64,000 nucleotides of DNA from the human T2T-CHM13v2.0 reference genome, Homo sapiens, in NCBI RefSeq assembly GCF_009914755.1, contig NC_060947.1. One strand, 5' to 3'. Position 1 is the first letter of the stretch, and each line of letters opens with the position of its first letter. A model generated the notes under the pieces. It did no database searches. It saw only the letters and a program-made list of their open reading frames with translations, and was not told the origin of the DNA. This document shows, one piece after another, positions 62,553-64,000 of the stretch. The translations under genes were made by a program, and so were the position numbers.

Positions 62553-63449
62553 ATAAAAGATCTTTACAAAAACAAGTAAAAATTGACATAACTATTTTAA
62601 AATAAAACTAAGAAAAGCAAAATATAATAAATAAAAACATGGATTATCATAAGTGATTATTTCATTACAAAATATTTTAAATTGGGTATATTAAAATTGC
62701 AAGATGAAATTTTTTCTACTTTGATAGAGTAACTGGTAGTGGACTTGCCCTCCTTTCAGAAAAAATTACAACACTGGAAAATACAGATAAAATACTGTTT
62801 GCAGATATTGGCAAACATGCAGCACAGAACTGTAATCAGTGAAGAAGGGTTAAAAGAAGGTAAGCACCACAATATCCCAAACAGAGAAATAGGAAAGGTA
62901 AACTCAGGTAAATACCAGTAATCTCCCTGGATTGAAAAGATCAGAATTAAAATTCTGGAAAGTTTAGATAAACTTTGGAATTTGTAGAGTACCGGAGTTG
63001 AAGGAATAGCACAGAGAAAGAGCTTCACAAGTCTGAATAGAAAAGCCGTTGAGTTTTTCCTCAATAAAAAGCTGTGCATGCATAAGGTGAAATTCCACAA
63101 GTTAAAACAGACAACAGCTGGAAAGTCCTGACTTGAATAATTTCCAGAAATTACAAAGGGTGGGAAGACATTTAAAGTCTAACCAATAGGTTGAAAAACT
63201 CATTTAATCCTTCTCTACGGAAAAATCTGTCAGACTTTATCTGACCAATCAGGTTGATAGATTTTTCTGTAGCGAAGGATTAAACTGATCTATAAGTAAT
63301 ATAGCTGCCTGTCTAAATATAATTCAAATCTTGCTAATGTAGGACAACAAATATAGACACTCAATACCATAATATTCACAGATACCTACTATACAGTGAA
63401 AAATTATTAGATATGCAAAGAAGCCAAAAATTATGACCCATAAAATGAT

Positions 63450-64000
63450 GGATAAACATATGCCATGCTAACAACAGCAAGAAGAAAGATGTAGTAACTA
63501 TATTAATTTCAGACAAGGCAGATTTGAGAATAAGGAAAAATATTCAAAGTAAAGAAGGGCATTACATAATGAGAAAGGAATCAATTCTCCAAAAGATATA
63601 AAAATTCTTAATATGTATGTGCTTAACAATGAGCATTGAATATGTGAAAAAAGAAGTGACAGAAATGAAAGGAGAAATAGAAAAATCTACTTTCATATAG
63701 TTGGAGATTTCAACACACTCCACTATCATTATGACAGATTCAGAATTCATAAAATCAGTATGGCCATATTTGAACAGAATAGTATCTTTAATAAACTAAA
63801 TCTAACGGACATTTATAGAAAAATTTATTCAAAAACAGAAAAACAAACATTTTTCTTAAGCTTATATTAAACATTTACCAACTTAGAAAGTATTCTGGGC
63901 CATAAAACTCACCTTAATTAATTTAAATTAATAGCAATCATACAAAGTATGCTTTCAGACCATAATAAAATGAAACTAGAAATCAGTGACTGAAAGTTAC
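63450..64000 (+). mobile_element. Old L1 (L1MC/MB-like) ORF2 endonuclease region, runs off the window
   Basis: KEGHYIMRKESI, NMYVLNN, IVGDFNT-like codons. Confidence 0.8.

Overview
Primate (probably human or another catarrhine: AluJ/AluS, LTR12, L1PA7-type, THE1, MLT2A) non-genic DNA made almost entirely of nested transposable elements; no cellular protein-coding gene, RNA gene or CRISPR is supported. Left end: a degraded class I ERV (LTR, tRNA-Ile-like PBS, pol, env) whose pol lies inverted between two oppositely oriented THE1 elements, followed by an old L1 5' end carrying a solo LTR12. Middle: an old L1MB-like element stretched over about 24.6 kb by a MER21-type ERV that has the structure of an L1-made retrocopy of ERV RNA (itself holding MST, MER4, LTR8, MER65-like and L1PA7-like inserts) and by a near full-length MLT2A/HERV-L provirus. 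Right end: old L1, MLT1/MST LTRs and a full-length minus-strand L1PA15/16-like element. Subfamily names are from recognition of consensus motifs by eye and need RepeatMasker/Dfam confirmation; boundaries of old elements are approximate. The two most interesting observations are the THE1-mediated inversion and the ERV processed-pseudogene structure.
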